Positions 36,945 through 46,237 of a DNA stretch of 64,000 nucleotides are shown here, in pieces. Each line of letters begins with the position of its first letter. Position 1 is the first letter of the stretch. A model generated the notes under the pieces. The model was not told the DNA's origin and ran no database searches. It worked only from the letters and a program-made list of their open reading frames with translations. Both the position numbers and the translations under genes were made by a program. The stretch lies in assembly GCA_963822445.1 (NCBI GenBank), contig CAWGHO010000003.1:288001-352000 (forward strand). The letters are read 5' to 3'. This DNA is from an uncultured Acidobacteriota bacterium. Lineage in GTDB: Bacteria > Acidobacteriota > Thermoanaerobaculia > Gp7-AA8.

Positions 36945-38989
36945 CGCTGCACCCGGTCGAGCCGAAAGCGATCGACGATGCGCGCGCGCAGTTTTGTTCC
37001 GCGCTGTCCCTGCTCGATCTGTTGCTCGCGCGCCACGTGCTTCGCCTGCGCGCCGCGCAACTGCTCGACGAGACAGATTTCCGCGGCCTCTACATCGCCG
37101 ACGGGCACGTCGACGCGCTACTCCGTTCCACGGGCCGTCTTGCCGAAGACGATGCCGGCGCGGCCGCGCTCACGGCGCGCATCGACGCCCTACGCGGCGA
37201 AGCGTTTCCGGTGCCGCTCGGACTCTCCCGATTCGAATATGAGCTGCTCGTCGTCGCCGCCGCGCCCGACGCCGACCTTCGCTATCAAACGCTGTTCGCG
37301 TACGCGCAGAACGACGTCACGCGCAAGCTTCCGACGGTCTCCCTCACGTTGCAGCTCCTCTGCGACGATGCCGATGAGCGTTTCGAGCGACGGCGCGCGT
37401 TCGCGGCTGGTGCGCCGCTCTTCCGCGACCGTCTAATCCGATTTACGGACGAGATCGAGGTGCCGCTTCTCGCGCAGTCGCTGCGCGCCGATACGCGCGT
37501 GGTCGATTTCCTCCTCGGCATCGACAACCTCGACGTGCGCCTGGCCGTTTGCACGCGGCGCGTCGTTCCACGGTCGAGCTTCCGCGACCTGCACCTCGAC
37601 GACGCGACTCGCGCGCGGATCGCGAATCTGATCCCGCAACTCGACGGATCCGCCGTGATCGCGCTGGAAGGTGTCGAAGGCTCGGGTCGTAAACGGATCG
37701 CGGAAGCGATCGCCGCGCAGCTCGGCCTGCGGCTGGCGGTCTTCGATGCGGCGCAGCCGATGCCGCCGGACGCACTAGCGCTTCTGCGACGCGAAGCGCT
37801 GCTCAGCGGCGACGCTGTGGTCATCGATCATCACGAGCGCATCGCGGCCGAAACGCTGCCGGCGTTTCCCGCTCCGCTGTTTCTGGTCACGACGGAGAAC
37901 CGTCGCACCGACGCCTTCACGATCGCGGTCCCGCTTCCTGATGCCGCGAGCCGCACGCTCATCTGGATGGACGCGCTTCGCGGCGATGCGGCGCCGGCCG
38001 ATGCCGAGCCGGTCGCGCAGAAATTCGCGCTCACGCCGCGGCAGATTCACGGAGCGGTCGCCGCCGCTCGCGCGAGCGCGGCGCTTCGTGCGCCCGGCCA
38101 GCGCGCGCTCACCGCGGACGATCTGCACGCCGGCGCGCGCTCGCAGTCGAGCGACGCGTTGCGCAAGCTCGCGTCGCGTGTGGAATTGAAGTACGAGTGG
38201 GACGACGTCGTGCTCCCGGCGCGTGCAATCCGGCAGCTCCGCGACGTCTGCCGCGCGATCGAGCTCCGCCACGTCGTGCACGGTGAGTGGGGCCTTGCGC
38301 GCCGCATCAGCGGCACGGGTGTGTCCGTGCTCTTCACCGGCGCGAGCGGCACGGGGAAGACGATGTCCGCGTCGATCCTCGCGCGCGAGCTCGGGCTGGA
38401 GATGTTCCGCATCGACTTGTCGGCCGTGGTCAGTAAATACATCGGCGAGACGGAGAAGAACCTCGAACGGATCTTCACCGCCGCGCAGAACAGCAACGCG
38501 GTGCTGTTCTTCGACGAAGCGGACGCGCTGTTCGGCAGGCGCTCGGAGGTGAAGGACGCGCACGATCGCTACGCGAACATCGAGACCGCATACCTCCTGC
38601 AGCGCATGGAGTGCTACGACGGCATCGTCATCCTGGCCACGAACCTCGGCCGCAACATCGACGAGGCATTCGCGCGCCGGATGTTCGACACGATCGAATT
38701 TCCCTTTCCCGACGCCGCGCACCGGCAGCGCATCTGGAGCGCCCTGCTCGCCGCCGGCGCGCCTGTCGCAAGCGACGCCGACGCGGCGTTTCTCGCGCGC
38801 CGCTTCGAGCTCTCCGGCGGCAACATCCGCAACATCGTCATCGCCGCCGCCTTCACGGCCGCCGCCGCGAAGACGCCGATCACCATGCGCGGCCTCATCC
38901 TCGCGACCGCGCGCGAGCTGCAGAAGATCGGCCGCCTGCCGTCGCGGGAGGATTTCGGCGAGTTTTACGACTCGATTCGTGAACCGTGA
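36941..38989 (+). CDS. AAA+ ATPase (Afp15/Pvc15-like)
   Basis: GASGTGKT; VVSKYIGETEKNL; LFFDEADALFGRRSEVKDAHDRYAN. Confidence 0.95.
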   Translation: MTLHPVEPKAIDDARAQFCSALSLLDLLLARHVLRLRAAQLLDETDFRGLYIADGHVDALLRSTGRLAEDDAGAAALTARIDALRGEAFPVPLGLSRFEYELLVVAAAPDADLRYQTLFAYAQNDVTRKLPTVSLTLQLLCDDADERFERRRAFAAGAPLFRDRLIRFTDEIEVPLLAQSLRADTRVVDFLLGIDNLDVRLAVCTRRVVPRSSFRDLHLDDATRARIANLIPQLDGSAVIALEGVEGSGRKRIAEAIAAQLGLRLAVFDAAQPMPPDALALLRREALLSGDAVVIDHHERIAAETLPAFPAPLFLVTTENRRTDAFTIAVPLPDAASRTLIWMDALRGDAAPADAEPVAQKFALTPRQIHGAVAAARASAALRAPGQRALTADDLHAGARSQSSDALRKLASRVELKYEWDDVVLPARAIRQLRDVCRAIELRHVVHGEWGLARRISGTGVSVLFTGASGTGKTMSASILARELGLEMFRIDLSAVVSKYIGETEKNLERIFTAAQNSNAVLFFDEADALFGRRSEVKDAHDRYANIETAYLLQRMECYDGIVILATNLGRNIDEAFARRMFDTIEFPFPDAAHRQRIWSALLAAGAPVASDADAAFLARRFELSGGNIRNIVIAAAFTAAAAKTPITMRGLILATARELQKIGRLPSREDFGEFYDSIREP

Positions 38990-40980
38990 AAACCGCGGCC
39001 ACAAAGCAGAAGCCGGATCACGCGGAGGCCGCGCGAGCCCCCGCGAAGAGCCCGTTCGAGCAGACGCGCGTCGAATCGCTCGTCGGCAACTTCGCGATGC
39101 AGCGCGCCGTCCAGGCGAGTCTCTCGGTAGGCGGTGGCGGCGACAAGTTTGAAGAGGAAGCCGATCGCGTCGCGGAAACCGCGGCAGGTCCGGCACCCGA
39201 AATCGAGCGCCGGGAAGACGAGGAGCTTCGCGTTCAGACGAAGCGCGACGCGGGAGCAGCGGCGCCGAAGGCGACCGAATCAGTCGAGCGCTTCCTCGGC
39301 GGAGCTCGCGGCGGCGGCACATCGCTGCCGGCATCGATGCGCACACTCGCGGAGTCGCGGCTGCGTCATGATTTCAGCAACGTGCGCGTACACACGGACG
39401 CGAACGCCGCCAGTGCGGCGCGCTCATTCGGCGCTGAGGCATTCACATATGGGAGCGATATCTACTTCGCGCGCGGCCGGTATCAACCCACATCGGTCGC
39501 GGGACAAAAACTCCTGGCGCATGAGCTGACGCATGTCGTGCAGCAGGGAGCGGCGGCGCCGGCCCTTCAACGGAAGGCTGCGAATGATCACGACGAAGTG
39601 GAGGCCGATCCCGACGAGGGAGGCGCTGCAGCAAGCGGACAGGAAGGCGTGACGATCAACAGGCCGGGCGTCATGGCGTGCACTCCGGCGTCACCGGAGA
39701 CTCAGTATCTGCGGAAGATACCGTCGCCGGAAGCAGGCACCAACGTCATCGAGACGCTCTCGTTCAACCAACGAGTACTGGTGGAGCAACGAGGCGGCGC
39801 CGGGAACGCCTGGTATCAGATCTTCGTCGGTGCCGGACAACACGGCTGGGTGCCGGCCGCCTCCGTCGCGCTGGATCCGCCGGAGCCGAATGCAATTCTG
39901 TATCGCGTTCAACCCGGCGATACACCGATGGGTCTCGTCGGCGCCTGGTATTGGGACGGTCGCTGGGGGAATTGGATCGGCACGGATGCGCCGGGCGGCG
40001 ACGCGCGGTTCTATGTGGGCGCACTCGCCTATGCCAACAAGGGTCGCGCGGGCATGCTCAGTCCCGAAGCTCTCACGGAACGGCCGGCGTGGAAGAGCGT
40101 GACGCTGACTGCCGGCCACACGATCTGGCGGCCGAGCAAGGCGTTTCTGCAAACGCTCCGAGGAAAGATCAGTTCCGGATCGATTACCACCGAGGTCTGG
40201 GAGGCAGTGAAGGTCGTCGCGATCTACATGGCGGGCTTCGTCGCCGGCATTCTCTATGGCGCGTACGAAGCGATCGAGGATCTGCTGACGGGCGTCGTCG
40301 GCCTGATCAAGATGCTCTGGGACATCGTGAAGAGCGTGATCGAGGGAACGATCCTCAGCGACGCCGCTGCGTGGTGGGAACAGCTCAAGAAACTCAAGAT
40401 CTCCGATCTGGAAACGTGGTTCCTCAGCAAATGGAACGCCGCCGACCCATGGGACCAGGCGTTTTTCCGCGGACGGGTGGTCGGGTACGTCATCATGGAA
40501 ATTCTCATGGCGTTGTTCTCGGGGGCAATCCTGAACGCCATCAAATGGGTCGGCAAGTTTGCAAAGATCGGTGCGCTCATCGCCAAACTGCCGGGGATCG
40601 TCAAGGGAATCGAGACGGCGCAAAAAGCCCTGAAGCTGCCGGAGAAGATCATCAAGGAGGTGAAAGCCGCTCGCGCAGCGAAAGCCGCGGCCAAAGAAAA
40701 GAAGGCGGCAGAAGCGGCGGCGAAGGCGACCCGAATACGGGCCAGCACGATGCATCACGTTTTCAGTCAGAAGAGGCACAAGTTGGATGATCTCGTGACA
40801 CTCTTCGGCTCTGAAGACAAAGCGTTCGACGCAGTTCAGAAAGCGACCAACGCCGCCGTTAAATCTCAGCGGATCGATGGGGTATTCGAGGTCGCCGTCA
40901 AGGTAGGAACAGAAGCGATCACGGTGCGCGGGAGCGTCATCGATGGCATCGTGAGGATTTCGACATTCTTCAAGCCATGA
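38986..40980 (+). CDS. DUF4157 protein with SH3-like, LysM-like and hydrophobic regions and a putative C-terminal toxin domain
   Basis: HDFSNVRVHTD...AFTYGSDIYF...LLAHELTHVVQQ; WYQI...GWV; YRVQPGDT; tip HHVFSQKRHKL...ISTFF. Confidence 0.85.
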   Translation: MKTAATKQKPDHAEAARAPAKSPFEQTRVESLVGNFAMQRAVQASLSVGGGGDKFEEEADRVAETAAGPAPEIERREDEELRVQTKRDAGAAAPKATESVERFLGGARGGGTSLPASMRTLAESRLRHDFSNVRVHTDANAASAARSFGAEAFTYGSDIYFARGRYQPTSVAGQKLLAHELTHVVQQGAAAPALQRKAANDHDEVEADPDEGGAAASGQEGVTINRPGVMACTPASPETQYLRKIPSPEAGTNVIETLSFNQRVLVEQRGGAGNAWYQIFVGAGQHGWVPAASVALDPPEPNAILYRVQPGDTPMGLVGAWYWDGRWGNWIGTDAPGGDARFYVGALAYANKGRAGMLSPEALTERPAWKSVTLTAGHTIWRPSKAFLQTLRGKISSGSITTEVWEAVKVVAIYMAGFVAGILYGAYEAIEDLLTGVVGLIKMLWDIVKSVIEGTILSDAAAWWEQLKKLKISDLETWFLSKWNAADPWDQAFFRGRVVGYVIMEILMALFSGAILNAIKWVGKFAKIGALIAKLPGIVKGIETAQKALKLPEKIIKEVKAARAAKAAAKEKKAAEAAAKATRIRASTMHHVFSQKRHKLDDLVTLFGSEDKAFDAVQKATNAAVKSQRIDGVFEVAVKVGTEAITVRGSVIDGIVRISTFFKP

Positions 40981-41372
40981 AAACTCTAACGGACTTCGAA
41001 ATGGCGGTACTCAGGAAGCTCCTGAGTGGAGACCATCACGTGCTGGCAATCCTGCGACAGCAACTGGAGGTTTGCCGCGTCAGCAAAAGAGAGACGACCG
41101 GAGTGGGAGTCTACGTCGAGCTCGATGCGAGTGCTCATCCTGGAGCGAGGCTCGCTTTGGATCTGAAATTCGGCGACGTCATTGCCGAAATCGAAGGGCT
41201 CGAGCACGGCGCGGGCTTCTTGCTCTACGTCGAGGCTGGCCTCATGGTCATGTTGGAAGGCTATACCTTTGGTGAGACCTGGCCCGAGCGAGTCGATCGT
41301 TACGAGCTCCGTTACGTGAACGAAGGAAACAGGGATCGCGCGATTGCCAAACTCCTCGGCGACTGCAGCTGA
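40977..41372 (+). CDS. Putative immunity protein
   Basis: ATGA-coupled to the toxin gene; 131 aa. Confidence 0.65.
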   Translation: MKTLTDFEMAVLRKLLSGDHHVLAILRQQLEVCRVSKRETTGVGVYVELDASAHPGARLALDLKFGDVIAEIEGLEHGAGFLLYVEAGLMVMLEGYTFGETWPERVDRYELRYVNEGNRDRAIAKLLGDCS

Positions 41373-41609
41373 AGAAACGAGAGGAGCCCTGATCAACGCG
41401 CATTCGCGCGAAGGAAAACGGGGGACCTCGGAAATGCGGCGAATCGGGCGCTGCGGCACGCACGCATCATGGCGATCCTTTCGCAGCCCTGCAGCGTAAC
41501 GTCGGCAATCAGGCGATTCAGCGGTGGGGCAGGAAGGTGGAGGGAACGCCCGACAACGTCGACGAGATCGTTCAGCGGAAGGGACCCGAGCCCGGAGCGC
41601 TGCAGCCGT

Positions 41610-42063
41610 CTACCCAGGCTCCGTCCCCGTCGCCGCCCCCGTCGCCCACTCCCGCCCCGCCGCCGGCCCCCACCCAGGCCGCGACGAGCGCGACGAGCGG
41701 CTCATCGAGAAACGCGTCCGCGCGAAACCAGCCGCTTTCCAGAGGTCCGCGCCGCGCACTGACGCGCGAAACATCGGCCGGGCATCCGATGCGAGGACCG
41801 GTCCGCGCGCGAGAAGCTCGTTCTCCGATGCCGCCGGCTCGGCGTCGCCGAGGTGGCCGTCGGAACGGCGCATGCGCGTAGAACAGATCGCACTCCGGTC
41901 ATCGAACGCCGCGTGGATGCGAGCGATCGCATCGGGAGCGATGATGTCGGTGGGATCGAATTCGATTTCGCTCGTGACCAAGGCGAATTCGCGATCGTCC
42001 TGATGCCGCAGCGACTCCAGCAAATCGTCGCATTGCGCGTCCGCGCTCACCACGATTTTGATC
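41610..42063 (-). pseudogene. 3' remnant of the IS-split glycosyltransferase gene
   Basis: Reads IKIVVSADAQCDDLLESLRHQDDREF from the target duplication, resembling a GT2 domain start; end uncertain. Confidence 0.5.
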
Positions 42064-42100
42064 GGTAGTGGGTCAATTTGATAGTTATATTGAGTGATAG

Positions 42101-42382
42101 TTACATCTCTGCGATGAACGTCTCCCGGTGTGCGGGTCCCGCATAGGCCTGCATCCGCCGCCGAACGCCGGACCCGCTCATTTCGACGTAGATCCTCGCC
42201 GCCTGCTCCAACCGCTCGCGCGTTTCTTCGAGTGTTCGCCCCTGCGCGGTGATGCCCGTCAACTCCTCAACGTATCCGAAGAAACCGCCGTCACTCTCGA
42301 AGTAGTTGCCGGTGAGCGTGGTGCGGATGACGAGATCGTCGTCTACCGCTGGTCGTTTTCGAGAACGAGGTCTAGCAGCCAT
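42101..42382 (-). CDS. HicB-like antitoxin domain protein
   Basis: GFFGYVEELTGITAQGRTLEETRERL. Confidence 0.75.
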   Translation of the reverse strand: MAARPRSRKRPAVDDDLVIRTTLTGNYFESDGGFFGYVEELTGITAQGRTLEETRERLEQAARIYVEMSGSGVRRRMQAYAGPAHRETFIAEM

Positions 42383-42681
42383 CGGTCATCGCTCCTCGCT
42401 GGTGGTGCCACGAGCATCAGTAGGTCATCCTCTTGGCAGTCGAATAGCTCCGAGAGCCACACACGGCGGTCTAGGAGCGCGATACAGCCGTCCCGAAGCC
42501 GCAGCATCACGCTCATGGTCGGGTCCATCAGGCCGTAGCGGAGGCGGTAGATGTGCTGCCTGCTGACGCAGGAAGCTAGCTGAAGCTGCGACGCCTTCAC
42601 GTGGTGAATGTCCATGAACCGACCGAGCCGCGTCCGCAGGTGACGCGAGCGGTAGGCTTCGGGTGGTGGTTTGCGCGGCAT
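42343..42681 (-). CDS. Cro/XRE-like HTH protein
   Basis: SQLQLASCVSRQHIYRLRYGLMDPT...LSELF. Confidence 0.65.
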   Translation of the reverse strand: MPRKPPPEAYRSRHLRTRLGRFMDIHHVKASQLQLASCVSRQHIYRLRYGLMDPTMSVMLRLRDGCIALLDRRVWLSELFDCQEDDLLMLVAPPARSDDRWLLDLVLENDQR

Positions 42682-42710
42682 CGAACGTCACTCCGTGAGC
42701 AGAGGCGATT

Positions 42711-42753
42711 CCTAGCCATGGGAGGGTGGAGTGTATTCCGAGCCATGGCTAGG
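42711..42753. promoter_or_regulatory. Inverted operator-like pair between divergent HTH genes
   Basis: CCTAGCCATGG (42711-42721) and CCATGGCTAGG (42743-42753). Confidence 0.55.
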
Positions 42754-42761
42754 GTGCAAGG

Positions 42762-43022
42762 ATGCCACGGCGCGCAGAGCGAAGCCCGGAAGGGAAGCAG
42801 TTCGGCGACGGTCTGCGCCGCATGCGGAAGGCTCGCGGGTGGAGTCAGGAAGTGCTCGCAGAGCGCGCCGGACTCGCGACGGATTACCTCGGCTTCGTGG
42901 AGCGCGGCGAGAACGTCCCGACGCTGACGGTGATCCTCAAGCTGGCTCGCGCGCTCGACGTGGATGCGGCGGAGCTACTCTCCGAGTTCACCAGGAGCGC
43001 GCTACGCCGGATGAAGCTGTAG
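42762..43022 (+). CDS. XRE-family HTH regulator
   Basis: LRRMRKARGWSQEVLAERAGL...VERGENVPTL. Confidence 0.9.
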   Translation: MPRRAERSPEGKQFGDGLRRMRKARGWSQEVLAERAGLATDYLGFVERGENVPTLTVILKLARALDVDAAELLSEFTRSALRRMKL

Positions 43023-43037
43023 GAGTATCATCGAGGC

Positions 43038-43190
43038 GTGAAGGCTAAGCCTGAAAAGCGCGACGTGAATCAGAACGTGAAGCGCATCTTTGACGAGATG
43101 GTCGAGCGTTCCGAGGAACCGCCCAACCGAGGGAAGCTGAAGGCCGCGCCGACTCCGGCCAAGAAGACCGGCGCGACCAAGTCGAGGTAG
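43038..43190 (+). CDS. Small basic protein (50 aa, not in the ORF track)
   Basis: MKAKPEKRDVNQNVKRIFDEMVERSEE..., followed by a hairpin. Confidence 0.45.
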   Translation: MKAKPEKRDVNQNVKRIFDEMVERSEEPPNRGKLKAAPTPAKKTGATKSR

Positions 43191-43210
43191 GCCCGGGCTC
43201 GCCCCGGGCC
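43190..43210. terminator. Hairpin between convergent genes
   Basis: GGCCCGGG-CTCGC-CCCGGGCC. Confidence 0.45.
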
Positions 43211-43259
43211 GCCTGTTGTCGTGCTTACCACGGTCACCCCCTTGGTGGTGGTGGCTCGA

Positions 43260-43814
43260 TCAGTTGATGTCGTCGTCGTCATCGTCGATGCCATCGGGAT
43301 ACGTCGTCGGCATGTTCAGCTCATCGATGTCCTTATTGAAGTCGTAGTCCATCGGGTCGAGCTTCGTGCCGTAGACGTTGTTGTCGTTGTACGACCTGAA
43401 GTCCAAGTCCATCTGCATTACGTCGCGCTCGACACCACGGCGTCGAAGCTTGAAGGACGCCTCCATGTGCTCGGGTGGCGCTTGAAACAACTTCTTGTAG
43501 AGCGGGCGAAGCTTTTCACCGTCGGGTGTCTTGACCGGGATCATGACCGGATGGTTCTCGCGGACTTCACGTCCCTGGGGATCGGTGATGTACGCGTTCC
43601 GTAGATGCCGCGAGAGATCGCGGCGAAGTTGAACGACCGGGTCAAGTGGCGGCCGGTTGTAGTGTCCGTGCCTGATCGCCCATTCGGCCACCAAGTGAGG
43701 CGCGACGGTGGCCGGATCTTCGTCGGGGTGAGCCTTATGGTAAAGCTCAATCACGTACTGCAACTCGCGGGCTTTGGTGCTGCGTGGGAATGGGACAACC
43801 GGGTTAGATGCCAT
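43260..43814 (-). CDS. Hypothetical protein with acidic tail
   Basis: GGAG upstream; 8 bp after the HTH-peptidase gene. Confidence 0.7.
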   Translation of the reverse strand: MASNPVVPFPRSTKARELQYVIELYHKAHPDEDPATVAPHLVAEWAIRHGHYNRPPLDPVVQLRRDLSRHLRNAYITDPQGREVRENHPVMIPVKTPDGEKLRPLYKKLFQAPPEHMEASFKLRRRGVERDVMQMDLDFRSYNDNNVYGTKLDPMDYDFNKDIDELNMPTTYPDGIDDDDDDIN

Positions 43815-43822
43815 GAGTCTCC

Positions 43823-44971
43823 CTAGACGAGTGTGGGGCTGATCGTGTGTCCCCAGCCGTCAGTCAAAGCGGTCCCGGTGATGATCGCCCTGACCTTCAC
43901 CAATAGATCGCGGTAAGCTCTGTAACCGACCTCGCCCCGATGCTGAAGTTGCCCAACGATCACTCCGGGATGGATCTTCATTCGGTGCGCAAACTGGATA
44001 ATTCGGTCCGTGGAGTAAAGCGGCGCAATCCGCCTGACAAACGAAGTCATTTCGTCCGCCGGTACGAGGGAGTTGGCCGCCGCCAAGTTCGCCTTCTGCT
44101 CGGCATCATCGTCGGTCAGAAGTACGCTGATCTTTCCGTCCTTCTCGCTAAGCAGGTTTGAATCGAACGACGCAGCATCGCCGTGTTCGATGTGCTTGAA
44201 CTCATGCATCAAAGTGAACCAGAACGCGTCGAGCCGGTCGTGCCGCAGCGACACGGCGATCACAGGGCTGTGGTCATCCATCCAGAAAGCAGCTCCATCT
44301 AACTTGGCACCCGGGAGCGGTTCAATGACCATGAATCGAATGCCGTGTTCCGACAGGATGCGCGGCACCTTCCTAATCTCTTTAGGAAATGCTGCGGCTG
44401 CTCGCAACTCACGTTCGGCCGATGCCAATCGTCGCGTAGAGAAAGCCGCTTGAACCGGGACCGCTGCGGCGAGTTGTCGCGCCCTGAAGCACCACGCGCG
44501 TTCTGCGCTGTTCAAGTCAGTCAGCTCGACCGTCCGGCGGGCAGCAACAGGGAACACCATATCCTCGGTCAGTGACGCTCCGAAGAACCTCGTAAGTGAC
44601 CGCTCCAGTTCCTCAGTTTCATCAGCCTCGGTTATCCACGCGCGGCGCTGCATGTCGCGGATGGGGGCAAGGCTAAAAATCCGGGCCCGGCGCTCGATCT
44701 CCGACGGGTCCGTTTCAGAGACCGCCAGTTCGTATTGCGCATTCCACCGTAGCCACTCAGCTGGATCGTTCTCGAAAGCGGCACCGAGGGCTATCGCCAT
44801 CTGCGAAGTGATGCTACGTTTGCCGGCGACGATGTAGTTGATCGTCTGACGACTCCAACCCGTGATTGCTGAGAGGTCATCCTGTGTCCATCCCTTGGCT
44901 GCCATCAACTCGTGCAGGAACTTTCCGGGATGCTTCGGCGGGCGAGGTTCAATAGTTTGATCGGCGCTCAC
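43823..44971 (-). CDS. HigA/XRE HTH fused to an ImmA/IrrE-family metallopeptidase
   Basis: HPGKFL...WTQDDLS...ITSQMAIALG; FWFTLMHEFKH...EQKAN. Confidence 0.88.
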   Translation of the reverse strand: MSADQTIEPRPPKHPGKFLHELMAAKGWTQDDLSAITGWSRQTINYIVAGKRSITSQMAIALGAAFENDPAEWLRWNAQYELAVSETDPSEIERRARIFSLAPIRDMQRRAWITEADETEELERSLTRFFGASLTEDMVFPVAARRTVELTDLNSAERAWCFRARQLAAAVPVQAAFSTRRLASAERELRAAAAFPKEIRKVPRILSEHGIRFMVIEPLPGAKLDGAAFWMDDHSPVIAVSLRHDRLDAFWFTLMHEFKHIEHGDAASFDSNLLSEKDGKISVLLTDDDAEQKANLAAANSLVPADEMTSFVRRIAPLYSTDRIIQFAHRMKIHPGVIVGQLQHRGEVGYRAYRDLLVKVRAIITGTALTDGWGHTISPTLV

Positions 44972-44978
44972 GAACGAC

Positions 44979-45056
44979 AGTATCGAGGCTAAATGTCCCG
45001 ATGTCAACAGCGAGTTGACATTTGTACTTGACGGCGAGCGGAACCGGACCCATATT
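44979..45056. promoter_or_regulatory. Divergent sigma-70 promoters with a palindrome between them
   Basis: Plus TTGACG-17-CATATT (45028-45056); minus TTGACA-17-GATACT (45007-44979); ATGTCAAC-N5-GTTGACAT (45001-45021). Confidence 0.6.
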
Positions 45057-45062
45057 GAGGGT

Positions 45063-45938
45063 GTGAACAAGCTGTCTGCCGAACGTCGCGCCGCCGTCCT
45101 GTCCTGTCTCGTGGATGGGAACTCCATCCGGGCCACCACCCGCATCACGGGCGTTGCGAAGGGAACAATCCTCCGGCTGTTGGAACAGGCCGGAGCCGTC
45201 TGCGCGGCCTATCAGGATCAGGTGCTTCGCAACCTGCCGTGCCGTCGCGTGCAGGCTGACGAAATTTGGTCCTTCGTCCTCGGGAAGGACCGGAACCTGT
45301 CCGCTGAAGTCCGTAACCATGCGCCCTCGCAGGTCGGCAGCACTTGGACGTGGACGGCCCTATGCGCCGAGACGAAATTGATGATCTCGTGGTACGTCGG
45401 CTCGCGCGACGACTACAGCGCGCGGGAGTTTGTGCGCGATCTGGAATCGCGACTTCCTCGCCGGATTCAGCTCACGACGGATGGCCTTCGCCTATACATC
45501 AACGCCGTCTCGGAGTCGTTCGGCGATGACATCGATTACGCAATGCTGACAAAACTGTATGGCCCGAGCGGTAACGACAAGTCGCCCGAAGTGCGCTATT
45601 CACCGGGCCGCATCAAAGGCATTGACCTGCGCGAGATCAGCGGCGCGCCCGATCAGCGTTTCATCAACACGAGCTACGTGGAGCGCGCGAACCTGACGCA
45701 TCGCATGGGCATGCGCCGGTTCACTCGGTTAACCAACGGGTTCTCTAAGAAGTTTGAGAATCACTGCCACGCCGTTAGCCTGCACATGATGTATTACAAC
45801 TTCATCCGCGTGCATCAGACCATTCGCCGCACTCCGGCGATGGCGGCTGGAATCACGGATCGCCAGTGGTCAATGCTCAACGTGGTCGAGCTGATCGAGT
45901 CTCGGGAGTGTGAAGCGGCGGCCTATGTACAGGCGTAA
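45063..45938 (+). CDS. IS1-family DDE transposase
   Basis: GNSIRAT HTH; QADEIWSF; LTTDG; TSYVERANL; RRFTRLTNGFSKK; YNF; TPAMAAG. Confidence 0.92.
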   Translation: MNKLSAERRAAVLSCLVDGNSIRATTRITGVAKGTILRLLEQAGAVCAAYQDQVLRNLPCRRVQADEIWSFVLGKDRNLSAEVRNHAPSQVGSTWTWTALCAETKLMISWYVGSRDDYSAREFVRDLESRLPRRIQLTTDGLRLYINAVSESFGDDIDYAMLTKLYGPSGNDKSPEVRYSPGRIKGIDLREISGAPDQRFINTSYVERANLTHRMGMRRFTRLTNGFSKKFENHCHAVSLHMMYYNFIRVHQTIRRTPAMAAGITDRQWSMLNVVELIESRECEAAAYVQA

Positions 45939-46203
45939 GGTTCGTTGTCACGGGAGGCAAGTCATGATGGTGGTACACGGTACGTTGGGTCCCTTCGGAG
46001 AAATCGTGAAGGAATATGGTGATGCTCTTCTAACGGGCGAAAGCGCGGACCTGCTGATATCCGAAGAGAACGGTGTCGTCATGGTTCTCCCGGCAGTAAC
46101 GAATCGAGCAGGGAATGCCTGCACGTTTAGGGGAGACGAGTCTAGACGCGAAATTCACGAGCGGCTGCAGGCTTTCATCGGCGAAGCAAAACAGGATGCT
46201 TAG
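45925..46203 (+). CDS. Small hypothetical protein inside the element
   Basis: ORF ends just inside the right inverted repeat; start uncertain. Confidence 0.4.
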   Translation: MYRRKVRCHGRQVMMVVHGTLGPFGEIVKEYGDALLTGESADLLISEENGVVMVLPAVTNRAGNACTFRGDESRREIHERLQAFIGEAKQDA

Positions 46204-46237
46204 ATGTAACATCAAACTGACCCACTACCTTTTGATC

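Larger units (their letters stand above)
42064..46229. mobile_element. IS1-family element with passenger genes, 4166 bp
   Basis: Terminal inverted repeats GGTAGTGGGTCA(A/G)TTTGAT at 42064-42082 and 46211-46229; 8-bp duplication TTTTGATC at 42056-42063 and 46230-46237. Confidence 0.93.

Noticed and set aside
12976-38989. Prophage or type VI secretion system
   Set aside because: No capsid, portal, terminase or T6SS membrane complex/ClpV; DUF4255, Afp15-like ATPase and DUF4157 indicate an eCIS.
41469-41881. Pro-rich ORF with IVQRK as an orphan toxin fragment
   Set aside because: Too short and low-complexity, and overlaps the glycosyltransferase remnant.
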